From NCBI GenBank assembly GCA_010093745.1, contig MU005978.1, forward strand, positions 1 through 64,000: a stretch of DNA of 64,000 nucleotides, read 5' to 3'. Of the stretch, positions 12,317 through 23,901 are shown one piece after another. The notes under the pieces were generated by a model that was not told where the DNA came from, did not search any database, and worked only from the letters and a program-made list of their open reading frames with translations. Origin of the DNA: Piedraia hortae CBS 480.64 (Eukaryota). The position numbers and the translations under genes are program-made. The first letter of the stretch is position 1, and each line of letters begins with the position of its first letter.

Positions 12317-12964
12317 ATGACAACAGCAATGGTGCTGGAGGGTATGTCGGTCCCTGACTTTGTTGAGCACATTTTGAATCACACCGTTGCGAACTCAACT
12401 CTGATTGTGTGCGGATCGAAGGAAGATTTTCTGGAACAGCTTCGGAGTGCTACTCTACCGGCTTTCGGCCACCCAACGTTGCGGCGCTTAGCGGCGGCGC
12501 AATCCACCGCGGTTACTTTCTGCCCGGGAGTCACACACCTACGCGCTTACCTCGCCACTCTTTTGCCCAAGCCCCATGCCCTTGACAGCGGCACGGCTGT
12601 ACTTGCCCTTCTTAACCCCATTGCATTGCACAAAGCTACACCAGAGTTCTCAGCCCAGGGCCTGAACCGCTCATTTGCTCTGGCTTTTGAGGCTGCCTCC
12701 CGCACCATGGCGCAGCTAATCTTGTCAGAATCCCCATGCCCGGATGATGCACAGACAGATGACAATCCATGGGATGAACAAGTGTCAATTTTGCATGTAG
12801 GCTCTAGGACGTCTGGACCAACTGAACTCGGTTGGCTTGGGCGAACGGTGCCAGTCAGAAAGGTGGCGTCTAGATGGTTTACGTTTGAACGCCCGCCACA
12901 AGCCTATTCAGGCACGATAAGCGACAAAGATGAGGGGCAATCGGAAAATTTCAATCCGAGGTAG
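12317..12964 (+). CDS. Hypothetical protein, possibly a degenerate RecA-fold protein (see findings)
   Basis: ATG in good context (ACAATG) inside the 12224-12964 ORF. The composition is globular alpha/beta, with motifs FCP.VTHLRAYL, FSAQGL.R and W.GRTV. Confidence 0.65.
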   Translation: MTTAMVLEGMSVPDFVEHILNHTVANSTLIVCGSKEDFLEQLRSATLPAFGHPTLRRLAAAQSTAVTFCPGVTHLRAYLATLLPKPHALDSGTAVLALLNPIALHKATPEFSAQGLNRSFALAFEAASRTMAQLILSESPCPDDAQTDDNPWDEQVSILHVGSRTSGPTELGWLGRTVPVRKVASRWFTFERPPQAYSGTISDKDEGQSENFNPR

Positions 12965-14291
12965 TGGCGTCATTATACGTGGCCCAGCTGTCGTCCCGCA
13001 ATCCCGAACTCGTGACTCTCGTGGTACAGGGATAAAGCCACCTTCAATTTCCACTAAGCCGAAGGATGAGGGAAGCTGGACACGCCAAGAATTGCCAGAG
13101 TCTATGCACTTCGAAAAGGCCATGAACGATTCAGAAAACCAATCAAACGATGGCCAATGAATCGGTGATGGATTGAGCATCTTTTTTTTGTTTTTTTTTT
13201 TTTTTTTTGGGGGGGGGATTTGGATAGGAGGCTTACGCCTTGGACGAAGAAAAGCCGTGGCTTCCATGAGAAGGGTATTTTATTGCTTTCAGACTCAAAA
13301 CAAGGGCAAAGGATTGGAAGCTTGGGTAGCTTGGATATGTGGTTTCCATGTTGTCCTACTGCGAAGCTACAGTTTAACGTGAGTGTTCGACTTCGGCTTA
13401 AGGCTTTCCTAGCCTACAGGTCGCTGGCGGCGAATCTTGGAACCGACAACCAGGACGGGCATAGTTGGGAGCTGCACCCCTGTAAATAAACATGCAGTAG
13501 AAGCGAAAAGAAGCTTCCATGAGCCTTCCATATCCCGGGCAATAGGCGAGGTAGCACGACAGGCAAGTTACACAGGTTGGCACTCGTACCATTTCGGTGG
13601 CCTTCATGTTCTTCTGTGCATCCACCTCCTTTGCGACTGCTGCTAATTCGAACTATATGCCCCACTGCAACATGTCAACTGCCACATTCGTCATCGGACA
13701 ACTCCGAGGTCCACGTGGCATAGCGCCTCCGCGCACAGGCTTAACGTGGGATCCCCGTTGCAAGGCAACGCCATCCGCCCTTACCCCAGGCCAGTTAAGC
13801 CATGCCCAAAACGGTTTGCGTCCGCGGGGCGCACGTGCACGCGCGGAGGCGAGGATTCTCACGTCGTCGTTTAACCACTCGCGCATTTGCCGCTAACAGC
13901 ACACGAAACGTAGCTGGACGTGAAGTCGCAACGCTGCCTTGGGGTGATTTCCTCCTTACCATCTCCAGGGTCGCACTGCGTGGCACTTGCATCATCGAGC
14001 ATCATCACATGCCGACACCTGCATGAGTGGCCACCCGAAAGCGTTGTGCCTTGTTCTCGAAGCGGACCTTTCCCCGCTATGCGACCTACGCGCCCTCGGC
14101 CGTGCGCGGTGTATGTAGCTAGCTAGAGTGGCTGTGCTCAACATGTCTCTCTGTAGTTTCTGATAAGTATGAACGGTGAGGGAAGTCTGTTTTTCTCCTA
14201 ATCGCTTAGCACCTTTCGTTCAGCCTCTCCTTGGACCTCAACAGCCTCCACCTTGACCTTCTTCGACCCGCCTCATTATTCGACACGCAGA

Positions 14292-15284
14292 ATGCCTCTC
14301 CAACTTTTACCCGCCTCGGCACAAGCTTACGCACCCCGTTCGGCACCCACGGTCGTGCTAAGCTCCCAGGTTGAACCATGGCTGACTCAGGCATTGAAGA
14401 GGGTAAACCGCACCAAACGGCCTCTCAACTCCACGCCTCAGCACAGTCGTTGTCTCACAGAACTCCTTGGGGGTCCCCAAGCCATCTGGACTCTGGCCTC
14501 GCTCATGCTACCCAAGCAGCCCGACTCTCAGCTCTGCAAAGACTCTGATCCGCTTGTGCAGGCAGTCAGCAACTACCAACTGGTGCACGTTGAGGCATAC
14601 GTCGTTCATGTCGACATGGTATCACAGCACGAGGTCGCCTTTAAACTTACGACTCAAACCATCGAGGCACTTGTCAACTACCACCGCGACATCTACGTTG
14701 TTGATGCCGCCGCAAGCACGTACGACTGGCCAGAGAAGGAGTCTCAGGTGCGGAAGATGCACGAGGACTTTGTCCACGCCGCCAATCGGTTCGTCTTTCG
14801 CACCGCCGTGCAAGCACTCGAGGGTTTGGAGGAGGATGGGGCTGGGGAGCTGTTAACCGGCTGTGCGGACGATGTCAAAGCGGCTCTAATGAACCTTTTC
14901 CTGCCACTGCTGCCGCCTCCGCCGCGCATCGTCGACGTCGCCAATTCCACAGCTTTTTGGCCGGGTGTCAGCGATTGGGCGTGGCCGGTGATGCCACTTG
15001 CTACTCCTGACTCGTGGAAGGTGCTGCCCTCAACGCCGTCACCGGCGCCTACCGGTTGCAGTGATGCAACAGGTAGCGGCCTTCGGCTCGACTTTCGTCT
15101 GAACAACGCCCAGCTGCCGTCCCCAGCTCCCTCGTTCGGTCAGCCATTCCCTATCGCCTCGCAACATTATTTTGACTCGCCTCTCAGCGCATCGCCTTTG
15201 AGCTGCGGGTCCGATGTCCTTCTCAACTCGTCCTTTGACGTGGCCTGGAGCCCGCTCTCGACGCAATGTCCCACACTCGTTTAG
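14292..15284 (+). CDS. Conserved-looking fungal hypothetical protein
   Basis: 330-aa ORF (MPLQLLPASAQAYAPRS...VEPWLT..LKR...KRPLNS..QH; VEAYVVHVDMV..HEVAFKLT) with a Pro/Ser-rich tail. Function not recognised. Confidence 0.75.
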   Translation: MPLQLLPASAQAYAPRSAPTVVLSSQVEPWLTQALKRVNRTKRPLNSTPQHSRCLTELLGGPQAIWTLASLMLPKQPDSQLCKDSDPLVQAVSNYQLVHVEAYVVHVDMVSQHEVAFKLTTQTIEALVNYHRDIYVVDAAASTYDWPEKESQVRKMHEDFVHAANRFVFRTAVQALEGLEEDGAGELLTGCADDVKAALMNLFLPLLPPPPRIVDVANSTAFWPGVSDWAWPVMPLATPDSWKVLPSTPSPAPTGCSDATGSGLRLDFRLNNAQLPSPAPSFGQPFPIASQHYFDSPLSASPLSCGSDVLLNSSFDVAWSPLSTQCPTLV

Positions 15285-16340
15285 GCCTTTGCAGCTGGCC
15301 CTCTGCTTAGGTGGTCATTTCTGCTTTTCGACTTCTGTACAATATTTCTGTTTAGCGAGCGACGCATTCTACGCCCCCCGACTGTGGAGGCCACGGCGAT
15401 ATGGGACATGTGCTACGGCGGTTGGACTTTGTTTTTTCTTTTTTTTTCTTATTTAATTTCGGTGGCCTCACGGTTGCTTACGGCGTTTTGGGATTTCTGG
15501 GCCACGGTTCACGTTTTACTCAGGGGCATCTGGTATGCCGAGCCCTGTTGGGGTTTGGGCGCAATTACAGGTTCTGGCGGCTATGACTCGAAACTCGGCT
15601 GCTGTCATCTCATGCTCGTGCACTCCGGTCCGTCAGCGACTCCGGTCAGTCAGCGGGACAGCGGACACGGGAACATCTGATTCACGGCTGAGCGACGAGC
15701 TTTGGCATCCAGACTGTCGTTGTCCGTCCATGGACGTCCGCGGATGGATGGATACTGGTTATTCATTCCAAATAATTCGACAACTTGACCATCTCTATCT
15801 GGTTGAACAATTGGACAGTGTAGGTCTGACGCATATTCATCTGGCATGAAGGCGTGGGCACTTGCTCTGCACAGACCGTTTCCAAACGCTTGGTCGGGAG
15901 GAGGCAGACGGTCTTGCGGCGAGATTGTCAGTCAGCTCAGAGTCCCAGCGGCAGAGCCGATGGTACATCTGGAAGGGATGGATCAAAAATGTCATACAGC
16001 TGGCGCCTGCTTCCTTTGACAGGGACTGGGAGGGGAGTGCCTGGAGCACATGGGACGATGCTGGCCATCTGTAACTTTACTGTACACAAGGAAGTTGGGG
16101 GGCTGGACCTCCCACAGCGTTGTATTTTAGCCCACGAATCATCTAAACTTCCTATTTGTCACCGTGCTACCTGCCCGTGCAATGTGACATCACTCCGACA
16201 TGGCTGATGCTCTGTGATTCTTTGTGACTTTTGGTCCTTCGCCTGATGGAACTTACGGACCATCACGTGTTGACCCCACGTCGAACAAGACGCCGAATTC
16301 ATCATCCGCCGTCGTCGACGGCCGTCTAACTTGCTGCGAC

Positions 16341-18032
16341 ATGCCGTCGTCGACGTCACCGCCACCCCCTCCTCGGTCGTCGTCGTTTGAACACCTGTAC
16401 TCATGGCCTGCTCCTGATCTCGCCACAGCGCTCATGGACAACTGGAACCCCAATGAAGATGAGCGCGGCGAGGGGCGGCAGGACGACTCCGACTTCCGCC
16501 GTAGGAACCAGCTGCACAGGGTCCTCTCTCGGCTACATCAACTACACGATTCACAAGCAACGGCGAGTGCGGGTCAGCGTCAAAGCACCCAGTCGTCACA
16601 CGGACAGACGGCTCAGGAGGCGCCTCCTTTCTTGCGTTCGCTCTCCAGTTTAGACGCCGACTTTGCGATGCCCGAGCTTGGCAACCGTGACCGGTTTGAA
16701 GGCGAAGGCCTGGATGTCATTTTGGACGAACTCCGACGGTCACGCTCACGAGGGGCAACGACATTGAGAGCCGAGGAGGACCTCCTTGGCCACGCAACGG
16801 CTGCCGAGAGAAGAGAGCGGGCCCGGGAATGGGGCCGGGAGCGAGAGAGACGCCGCCGCGTCGTAATGCGAAGCCGACAGGAAGGTGGAGCTAGCAGTCC
16901 CAGTGCTACAGAACGCATGTTGAGATATGTACTGGAGCGGGAACGCAGTGGAATGAGCGAGGAAGAGGAAAGAGCCAGAGACGGTGGGTGGTTCCGGACG
17001 AGCGACGACGACCACAGGCTGCGGTGGCTGTTGCCGCCTCCGTTGCCGTCCACATCGTCCCACACGGGTGAGAGCCGCAGCGAGGCCTTTCGACGCAGAA
17101 TGCAGTGGATTCCTCCTGCCAGGCTACCGCAGATTAACAGTCCAGGCGGTGTAAACAGCACAAGGAAGCTGGAGCATGCGTTGCAGTATCTAAAGGCTCT
17201 GCAGTCTACAACTGACGCGGCTGAGGCGCATCAACTCGCAGAATCTCATGGCGTCTTATCAAAAAGGACGCTTAGAGACGGCACCGAGGACTTTCCTCTC
17301 AATCTGGCTGACTATGAGCCTCTAGAGTCGTCGTCGTGGCTGAACCCACAGACGGTATTTGAGGGCCACCAATATGCCGATGCTTCGACGGCCTCCCCAG
17401 ACCCGGATATGCCGGACAAATGGCCTGTTCGGGTCACCATCCATGCTGTGGATGGAGAGAGTATGACGATGCAGGGCACAATGGAGGCATATGATGTGCC
17501 GCAGCACTTTACGCCTGGCAACAGGATCAAGTGCGGCCGCAAAGGTCGTCCCATCACCACTTACCTCGAAGGACACATTATCGACCTCCACACCCACTCG
17601 TTTATCACGCCCGTGGGCCACGACAGTGACATTGAATTTCCCGCTGCAACGGCTCAGGTCGATGCCCAGAATTGGATCAAACTGCCGCCATTCAGCGAGG
17701 TTCCAATTTCCCCGTCGCATCGGTCTCTGAATACTCTGCGCCCGCCGGCAGCTCTTGCTCACGTGGAGAAGACGGCTCGCACCTTCCTCAGTCGCAGCCG
17801 GTTCGAAGAAATCCGCAAGGAATACATCTTCATGCGGTGGAAGGAGCGGTGCTTTGTGCATCCTGGAGAACAGTCTCGCGGCCACGGGCTAACCATCTCG
17901 GGCTTCTACTACGTTTCGCTGCGGCGTGCTGACGGCTGCATAGAGGGTCTCTACTTTGACCCGGCCAGCACACCGTACCAGAATCTGAGGCTGAGAGGGT
18001 GCACGTTAGGAGGCGCATTCGAGTTTGCCTGA
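16341..18032 (+). CDS. Vid24/Gid4-family (Vac_ImportDeg domain) protein with a long disordered N-terminus
   Basis: C-terminal motifs FEGHQ, WPVRVTI, GTMEAY, ITTYLEG.IID, D..NW.KLPPF, YIFMRWKERCFV and GLTISGFYYV.L.R..G.IEGLY.DP.S.PYQ.L.L. Confidence 0.85.
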   Translation: MPSSTSPPPPPRSSSFEHLYSWPAPDLATALMDNWNPNEDERGEGRQDDSDFRRRNQLHRVLSRLHQLHDSQATASAGQRQSTQSSHGQTAQEAPPFLRSLSSLDADFAMPELGNRDRFEGEGLDVILDELRRSRSRGATTLRAEEDLLGHATAAERRERAREWGRERERRRRVVMRSRQEGGASSPSATERMLRYVLERERSGMSEEEERARDGGWFRTSDDDHRLRWLLPPPLPSTSSHTGESRSEAFRRRMQWIPPARLPQINSPGGVNSTRKLEHALQYLKALQSTTDAAEAHQLAESHGVLSKRTLRDGTEDFPLNLADYEPLESSSWLNPQTVFEGHQYADASTASPDPDMPDKWPVRVTIHAVDGESMTMQGTMEAYDVPQHFTPGNRIKCGRKGRPITTYLEGHIIDLHTHSFITPVGHDSDIEFPAATAQVDAQNWIKLPPFSEVPISPSHRSLNTLRPPAALAHVEKTARTFLSRSRFEEIRKEYIFMRWKERCFVHPGEQSRGHGLTISGFYYVSLRRADGCIEGLYFDPASTPYQNLRLRGCTLGGAFEFA

Positions 18033-18188
18033 TGATGTCACGTTGTTTAATGTAGCGATAGAGAAAGAGTATAGCGCTAATGCTTCGTGGAAATGTTGTC
18101 TGTAACATTGTCAAACTGTTGGTGTCATGGAGGATGTCGATCTACACTACTCCGAGCGCAGCAATGTCATTTGGAACGCTGTATGCTC

Positions 18189-18751
18189 TTATTGCTCGGT
18201 GTTGAAGTAGTTGAGCAGGACGCTGCGTTCTTGCGACTCCTCACCCCAGTCCTTGACAACGACGCAGGAGCAGTTGACGACCTTGCGCGCGGTGCCCTCA
18301 CGGTCAATCTGGCCTATTCACACCATCAGCAAACTCTTCATACCCTGAAAGCGGGTACATACATAGACCAGCCCACTCGCCGAGCTGCTTTCCGTCGGGA
18401 ACCTTGATAAGCGGGATCTTATGCTCATTGCAGAGGGCAACCACGAGTTTCTTGTAGGCTTCTTCCTCGCAGCCATCGTTGAGGACGCACATGTGGGCCT
18501 GGCGACGATCGAGGGCCTTGCTGGCTTCGCGCAAGCCGCGGGCGAGTCCCTCGTGAATGAGAGCCGTGCGGAGAACACCCTTGAGAGCTTCTTGAACGTC
18601 CATACCACCACTCTTCGTACCGCTGTCGGCTGCAACCTCGACCTCGCCGGTCTCAACCGGGCTAGTAGGCTCTTCTCCGTCCGACTATTGACGAAAATGT
18701 CAGTACGGGGGCGCTCTTTTGGATGGTAGATCTGTGGGCGAGGCGAACCAT
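18189..18751 (-). CDS. RPS12: 40S ribosomal protein S12 (eS12); exons 18751-18749, 18684-18363, 18313-18189
   Basis: [36 protein letters not shown]...[34 protein letters not shown]. The first exon is ATG only, and both introns are GT-AG. Confidence 0.95.
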
Positions 18752-18791
18752 GTTGTTGCTTTACTGTTGTCGAAGTTCCTTGAAGAGAAAC

Positions 18792-18820
18792 AGAGAGAGA
18801 GAGAGTGTGTGTGTGTGTGT
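18792..18820. repeat. Compound (AG)n(TG)n microsatellite upstream of the RPS12 start
   Basis: Visible directly. It reads as an (AC)/(TC) tract on the RPS12 sense strand. Confidence 0.8.
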
Positions 18821-20005
18821 TGTGTTTTTGCGCTGAGTGTGCGGTAGGAAATTTACCCCGCCAAGGAGAAGCTAGGTGCGGAAGCAGCCTAGCCTGAAAT
18901 TGATGTGGACATCGGATTGGTTGGTTTTCCGCTCCGTGATGCCTGAGGCCAGAAGATCAGATAGAGAATCGGGCCGGGCCGACATGGATTACATCATCAG
19001 GGTCTAAGACGGGTACGCCAGCAGCCTGGCAGCCATCTGATGGAGGCTGTGCCAGCCAGCAACGGTATATATAGGAACGGAGGGCGGATCTCGTATTCCG
19101 CCATAACTTTGTCAATGAGAGAATGGGTTTCTTTCCTACAAGCCCCAGTTTGGCTCTCTCTCCCCGGGAGCCCGGAAGAGGATTTGCTACAGTTTTTTTT
19201 TCTCCCTCCAATTGCCCCTTTCGTCGGTGTCCCCGCACAAAGGGGGTCCAGGCGGTCCAGAACTGAGATTTGGCTCGCGACGAAACTGTTAAAATCGTGT
19301 CAGTGACAGCGGGGAAGATGAGATGGGTGTCACTTGGTGTCACATCGGCTGTCACGTGATGTCAATGGAAAACGAAACATCCCGAATTCGAAATGTCGTA
19401 GCGGGCAGCATAGACTGTCAGCCTCGTTCAGCCGTGCTAACGACGGGGCTATAATTATTTTCTACTTTTTTTTCCTTGGTGGTGGAGAGGCCAGATCACG
19501 GCATTTAACGATAAGTATCGAATACGAAAGAGAAAGAGAGAAAGAAAGAGACGAGCGCAAAGAAGTTGCAGCCGCCCAGCTTTGACGCACGTTTCACGTT
19601 GCGGGCTGCGCTGCGGGCGGCCCAAAGACGTCGCGCGACTCTCTCTTTTCTTCTCTAATAACCACAAACCCCCTCCAGGTCTCTTCTCTCTATCAACGGC
19701 AACTTTTGACAAGTCTTCGTGGGAGACGATTTGTTGGGGGTTGAAGAGCAAGTCTTTCGTTAACCGAGGCCAACGACTGGCAAGAAAGAACGGAGAATAA
19801 AAATTAAGCCGAGAAAATAAGACACCATCTGGACAGAATCTCTGTAGCAGCAGATAAGCAAATCTTTGACCAGTTTTTCTTCCCGGATCAAAAAGCTCTC
19901 GAGAGGATATCCCTCCTCTCGGGCAGCGACTGCTTGAATTCATTAACCGTGGCCGACCCTCCACCAGCCAGACGGCCGTTTGGCAGTTGCCCGGCGCGCC
20001 GAGAC

Positions 20006-21566
20006 ATGTCGTCGCCGGCGCCACTGCTTCGGCCACCAATGCCGGGGACGAGGTCCCAACCAGGAACCAAGCCACGTTTGGGCCTGGCAATCCCTCCTCA
20101 GGGCACGGCAGTGAGCAGCGTGACGTCGTCACCGGGGCAGGAAGGATTACAGGTGCGGGCTGGCCGGCCAGAACCCCCCAAACTGCGGCTGGCCACGCCG
20201 TCGGGCTCGCATCGGACGCCGTCGGAAAGTGGACAGCCCCGACGGCCAACACCGTTGCAGATCACGACGACAATGGGCTTGTCATCCAGCGGTGGAAGCA
20301 GCGATGACTCGATTCGCAGTCGCGCAAACAGCTTCGGCGCCACCGGCTCAGTGTCGACGGCGTCGTCGTACTCCAAGTTTGGCTTCGCCGATGTCTTTGA
20401 CGAACCCATCAGCCACAGCCCGGCCATGTCGGGCGTCGGGCGCGAGCGCGAGAACAGCTGTGCGGCCCAGACGGCCGTAGATCTCGCCAAGCATCTCGAG
20501 AAACTCGCGCTGGAGAAGGGCGGCGAGCCGCTGGATGCAGAGGATCTGGACGACCTTGGCTGGAAAGCGGCAGAGCGAGAGGGTCGAATCGTACAGCTTG
20601 GGAGCCTCGGGGAAGGGGCCGGTGGGGCGGTGACTCGGTGCAAGTTAAAGGGCGGCAACACCGTGTTCGCGTTGAAGGTGAGATCTAGACCGACTCGAGG
20701 CATTTCCGAACCGTTAACCGTGGCAGATCATCGTGACGGACCCGAATCCAGATGTCAAGAAGCAGATCGTGCGCGAGCTCTCGTTCAATAAGTCGTGTGC
20801 GTCTGCGCACATTTGCAAGTACTATGGGGCTTTTGTGGACGACACAGCAGGCACCATTGGCATCAGCATGGAGTTTTGCGAGGGAGGATCGCTGGACTCG
20901 GTGTATCGTGAGGTTAAGAAGCTCGGAGGGCGGACAGGCGAGAAGGTGCTGGGAAAGGTAGCCGAGGGCGTGCTGAACGGGTTGACTTACCTTCATGGAC
21001 GACGCATCATCCATCGAGATATCAAACCCAGCAACATCCTGCTGACGAAGCGCGGCGAGGTGAAGCTGTGCGACTTTGGCGTCTCGGGCGAGTTTGGCAC
21101 CAAGGGCGATGCCAACACCTTCATCGGGACTTCGTACTATATGGCACCGGAGCGTATCACTGGCCAGAGCTATACCATCACTTCCGATGTCTGGTCGCTG
21201 GGTGTTACGCTGCTGGAAGTCGCGCAGCACCGGTTCCCTTTTCCTGCTGACGGCACCGAGATGAACCCACGGGCCGGCCTCATCGATCTGCTGACGTATA
21301 TTGTACGGCAACCGATCCCAAAACTGCGGGATGAGCCAGAAAACAGACTTAAATGGAGCGAGAGTTTCAAACATTTTATCGAGTGCTGGTACGTGCGAAA
21401 CAGTTCTTCCCCATCTACCCACTAACAGAGTTCTAGCCTAGAAAAGGTTCCCGACCACCGGGCCACTCCTTGGCGCATGATGGAGCATCCCTGGATGATC
21501 CAGATGAAGAACAAGCGAGTCGACATGCGGCAGTTTCTGAAAACCGTCTGGGACTGGAAGGATTAA
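20006..21566 (+). CDS. MKK1: MAP kinase kinase of the cell-wall-integrity pathway (Mkk1/Mkk2/Pek1 type); exons 20006-20677, 20727-21388, 21437-21566
   Basis: [38 protein letters not shown] and [30 protein letters not shown]. Introns lie at 20678-20726 and 21389-21436. Confidence 0.93.
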
Positions 21567-21881
21567 TGCATCCCAGGCGGGAAAAGAAACGCAACCAAAA
21601 ACCAAAGTGTTTACCAACACTTTACCCACTCTCTCTGAAGGGGTTTACGAACATCTTTCCTTACCTCTCTATTTTTTCTTTACATCTTCGTGAGGAAACA
21701 ACCTGGTTGGAATACCCAAACGTTTTGATGAAAAATTTTTACAAGGGGAAGAAGGATACTGGGGTAGATGCGGTTCAGTCTTTTTGATATTTTCATTTTA
21801 TTCGTCTTTAGTCGGGAGGGACATTTCGAGACGCAAAAGGTGTACACGTAGACTTTATCATATGCTCAAAGCTTTTCAATC

Positions 21882-22565
21882 TCAGCTATCGATAGAGTCT
21901 GATCTGCGACGTCTCCGACGATATCCCCTCTCATCACTATCCGAACTTCCCAAAGGACTTGTACTCCTCCTCCGTCTTCTCCTCCTCCTCGACTCATCCC
22001 TCCCCTTCTCCGTTCTTCTCCTCCGCGAAGCATCCCTACCCCCTCTCTTTCGCAAAGCATCCCTACCCTTCCTCTCCCTCTCCCTCTCACGAAGGTATCC
22101 CATCATCGGGTCCTCGTTGTCCACGTCCTCCACCCTCCTTTCAGGCGTCCCCCCTCTCCCATCACTCCCACCCTCATCTTCCTGATCCGTCTCCCCAACC
22201 GTCTCCCTCTCACCCTCTTTAAGCTTATACCTCGCATGATCGACCTTGATCCCCCTCCCCAACACATCCGCTCCATCAAGATTATCAACCGCGAGATCCG
22301 TCGATCTCTGATCATAGTATTTCAGCCACGCGAAACCCCTCGACTTGCCCGTTTCTTTGTCTCTAGCAAGATGGATGTGTACGGGACGACCATATTGGGA
22401 GAAGATTGTGATGATGTCGCCTTCGGAGAGAGCGTGCGGAAGGTTGCCAATGTAGATGTACGCGGTGTCGCGGTAGTCGGTGTGCCAGCTTGCGGAGGGG
22501 GCGACGCAAGCGGCGAGTTCGGCTTTGTTGAGCGCCGCGATAGATTTGGAGCCGCCTGGGGGCAT
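21882..22565 (-). CDS. IST3: RES complex/U2 snRNP RRM protein Ist3/Snu17 (RBMX2-like)
   Basis: SWHTDYRDTAYIYIG.L...LSEGDI.TIFSQYG, RDKETGKSRGFAWLKY.DQRSTDLAVDNL.G and an R/E-rich tail. Confidence 0.9.
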   Translation of the reverse strand: MPPGGSKSIAALNKAELAACVAPSASWHTDYRDTAYIYIGNLPHALSEGDIITIFSQYGRPVHIHLARDKETGKSRGFAWLKYYDQRSTDLAVDNLDGADVLGRGIKVDHARYKLKEGERETVGETDQEDEGGSDGRGGTPERRVEDVDNEDPMMGYLRERERERKGRDALRKRGGRDASRRRRTEKGRDESRRRRRRRRSTSPLGSSDSDERGYRRRRRRSDSIDS

Positions 22566-22790
22566 TGTTTTTTCTTCTTTTTTTTTTTTTCCAAGAAAGG
22601 GAGGGATGCGATGCGGTAGATGGTTGGTTGGCTGATGGCAACCAGAGGTTCAGAGCTGGTGGGGTAGGGTTCGGACCGCCCCGCGCGGGGTTGTCACATT
22701 CACATCCAGATGGACAGATGGACAACAGACGTACAGACAGCAGGATAACACATCTCTATCAACGCGCCTACCCAGCTTGGCATGGCATCA

Positions 22791-23678
22791 TCAAAACGTC
22801 TCCTCCTCGACTGCGCCGTCGGCATCGGGGGGTATCTCGAATCCTTCCTGTTCATCGTCAGCGCTGGACGTTACCCACCCACCGAGTGAACTCACCTCGG
22901 TCGAATACAATATGGCTTGGATTTGCTTCAATAGCCCATCCTCCTCCTCCAGGGCAGGATCAGCCTCCATGGCCTGCTGGATGAGCAGTTCAATGTCGCG
23001 CAACTTGCTAAAGTAAAAGTCGCGTTCCTTCTCCAGACCCTGCACCTGTTCCGTGAGCTCCGCGTTCTTCTGTTGCAGCGCCGCAGATGCCCCCGCCGTC
23101 GGCCGGGCTGGCGCCCGTGTCGCCCCCACTCCTCCAAGACTCGGCGCTGCCCGGCGCGTGCCCGTTCCGCTTGACGTTCTAGGTCCAGCTGACGACGTGG
23201 CCGCCGGCCCCGAAATGCCCGCGCCTTTGCGACGACCAAGTGCATCATAATCGCCACCAGGATAGTACTGGTCCCAATAACGCTTCGTCCACTGCAGGAA
23301 CTCCAGGTTGTCCTGCATCTTGCACTTGACCAGAGACTCCACGGGGATCGGGCGGTCGATATGGTGTCTGCGGAACGCATTGGACAAGATCTTGAAGTTT
23401 TCCAGATAGGCATATTCGGTGGTCGCGTTGAACTTGACACGAGACATAGGGAGGTCGAGATAGATGGAGTCATAGATCTGACAGAGCGCGGCCCTAGAGT
23501 TGTCAGCGGCGCTTCGAAAGTCCAAAAGTTGTCCGCTCACCCAGTACCGCACTGCTCAACACGCGTCAAATTCAGCTGCAGCAGCCCATTGAGCCATGCC
23601 AACAGCTCTTGCCTGCCATGCAATCAGCGCACTGTTTTGACAGATGCCAAGCTAGACTTGCCTTGATTCTCCGGCCAT
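22791..23678 (-). CDS. BIM1: EB1-family microtubule plus-end protein (Bim1/Mal3); exons 23678-23662, 23612-23541, 23493-22896, 22847-22791
   Basis: MAGESRQELLAWLN..LQL..TRVEQCGTGAALCQI.DSI, KMQDNLEFLQW, the EBH motif LEKERDFYFSKLRDIE, and a C-terminal EEETF. Confidence 0.93.
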
Positions 23679-23901
23679 GGCGCTGAGGTGCCACGAAGTG
23701 GAATTTCCAGCCGATGTCGTTTACCGCGACAAGATGTTCGCGCTCATGAACAGCGTACAGTTAACTGGCCCAGAATTTGGAACGCGAACGCGAAGTCTTG
23801 GCTTGCACGTGTCTGTGACCCCTCATGTGCACGGCCCTTTTAACGCGTTTGCTGCGCCGGCCCGCTCCGCCCTGACGCATTCCCAGATACTGTACAGCTC
23901 T

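Noticed and set aside
13182..13217. Poly-T/poly-G homopolymer run
   Set aside because: An ordinary intergenic low-complexity tract with no further structure.
19455..21422. Long minus-strand ORFs (265, 201 and 245 aa)
   Set aside because: Antisense shadows of the GC-rich MAPKK gene.
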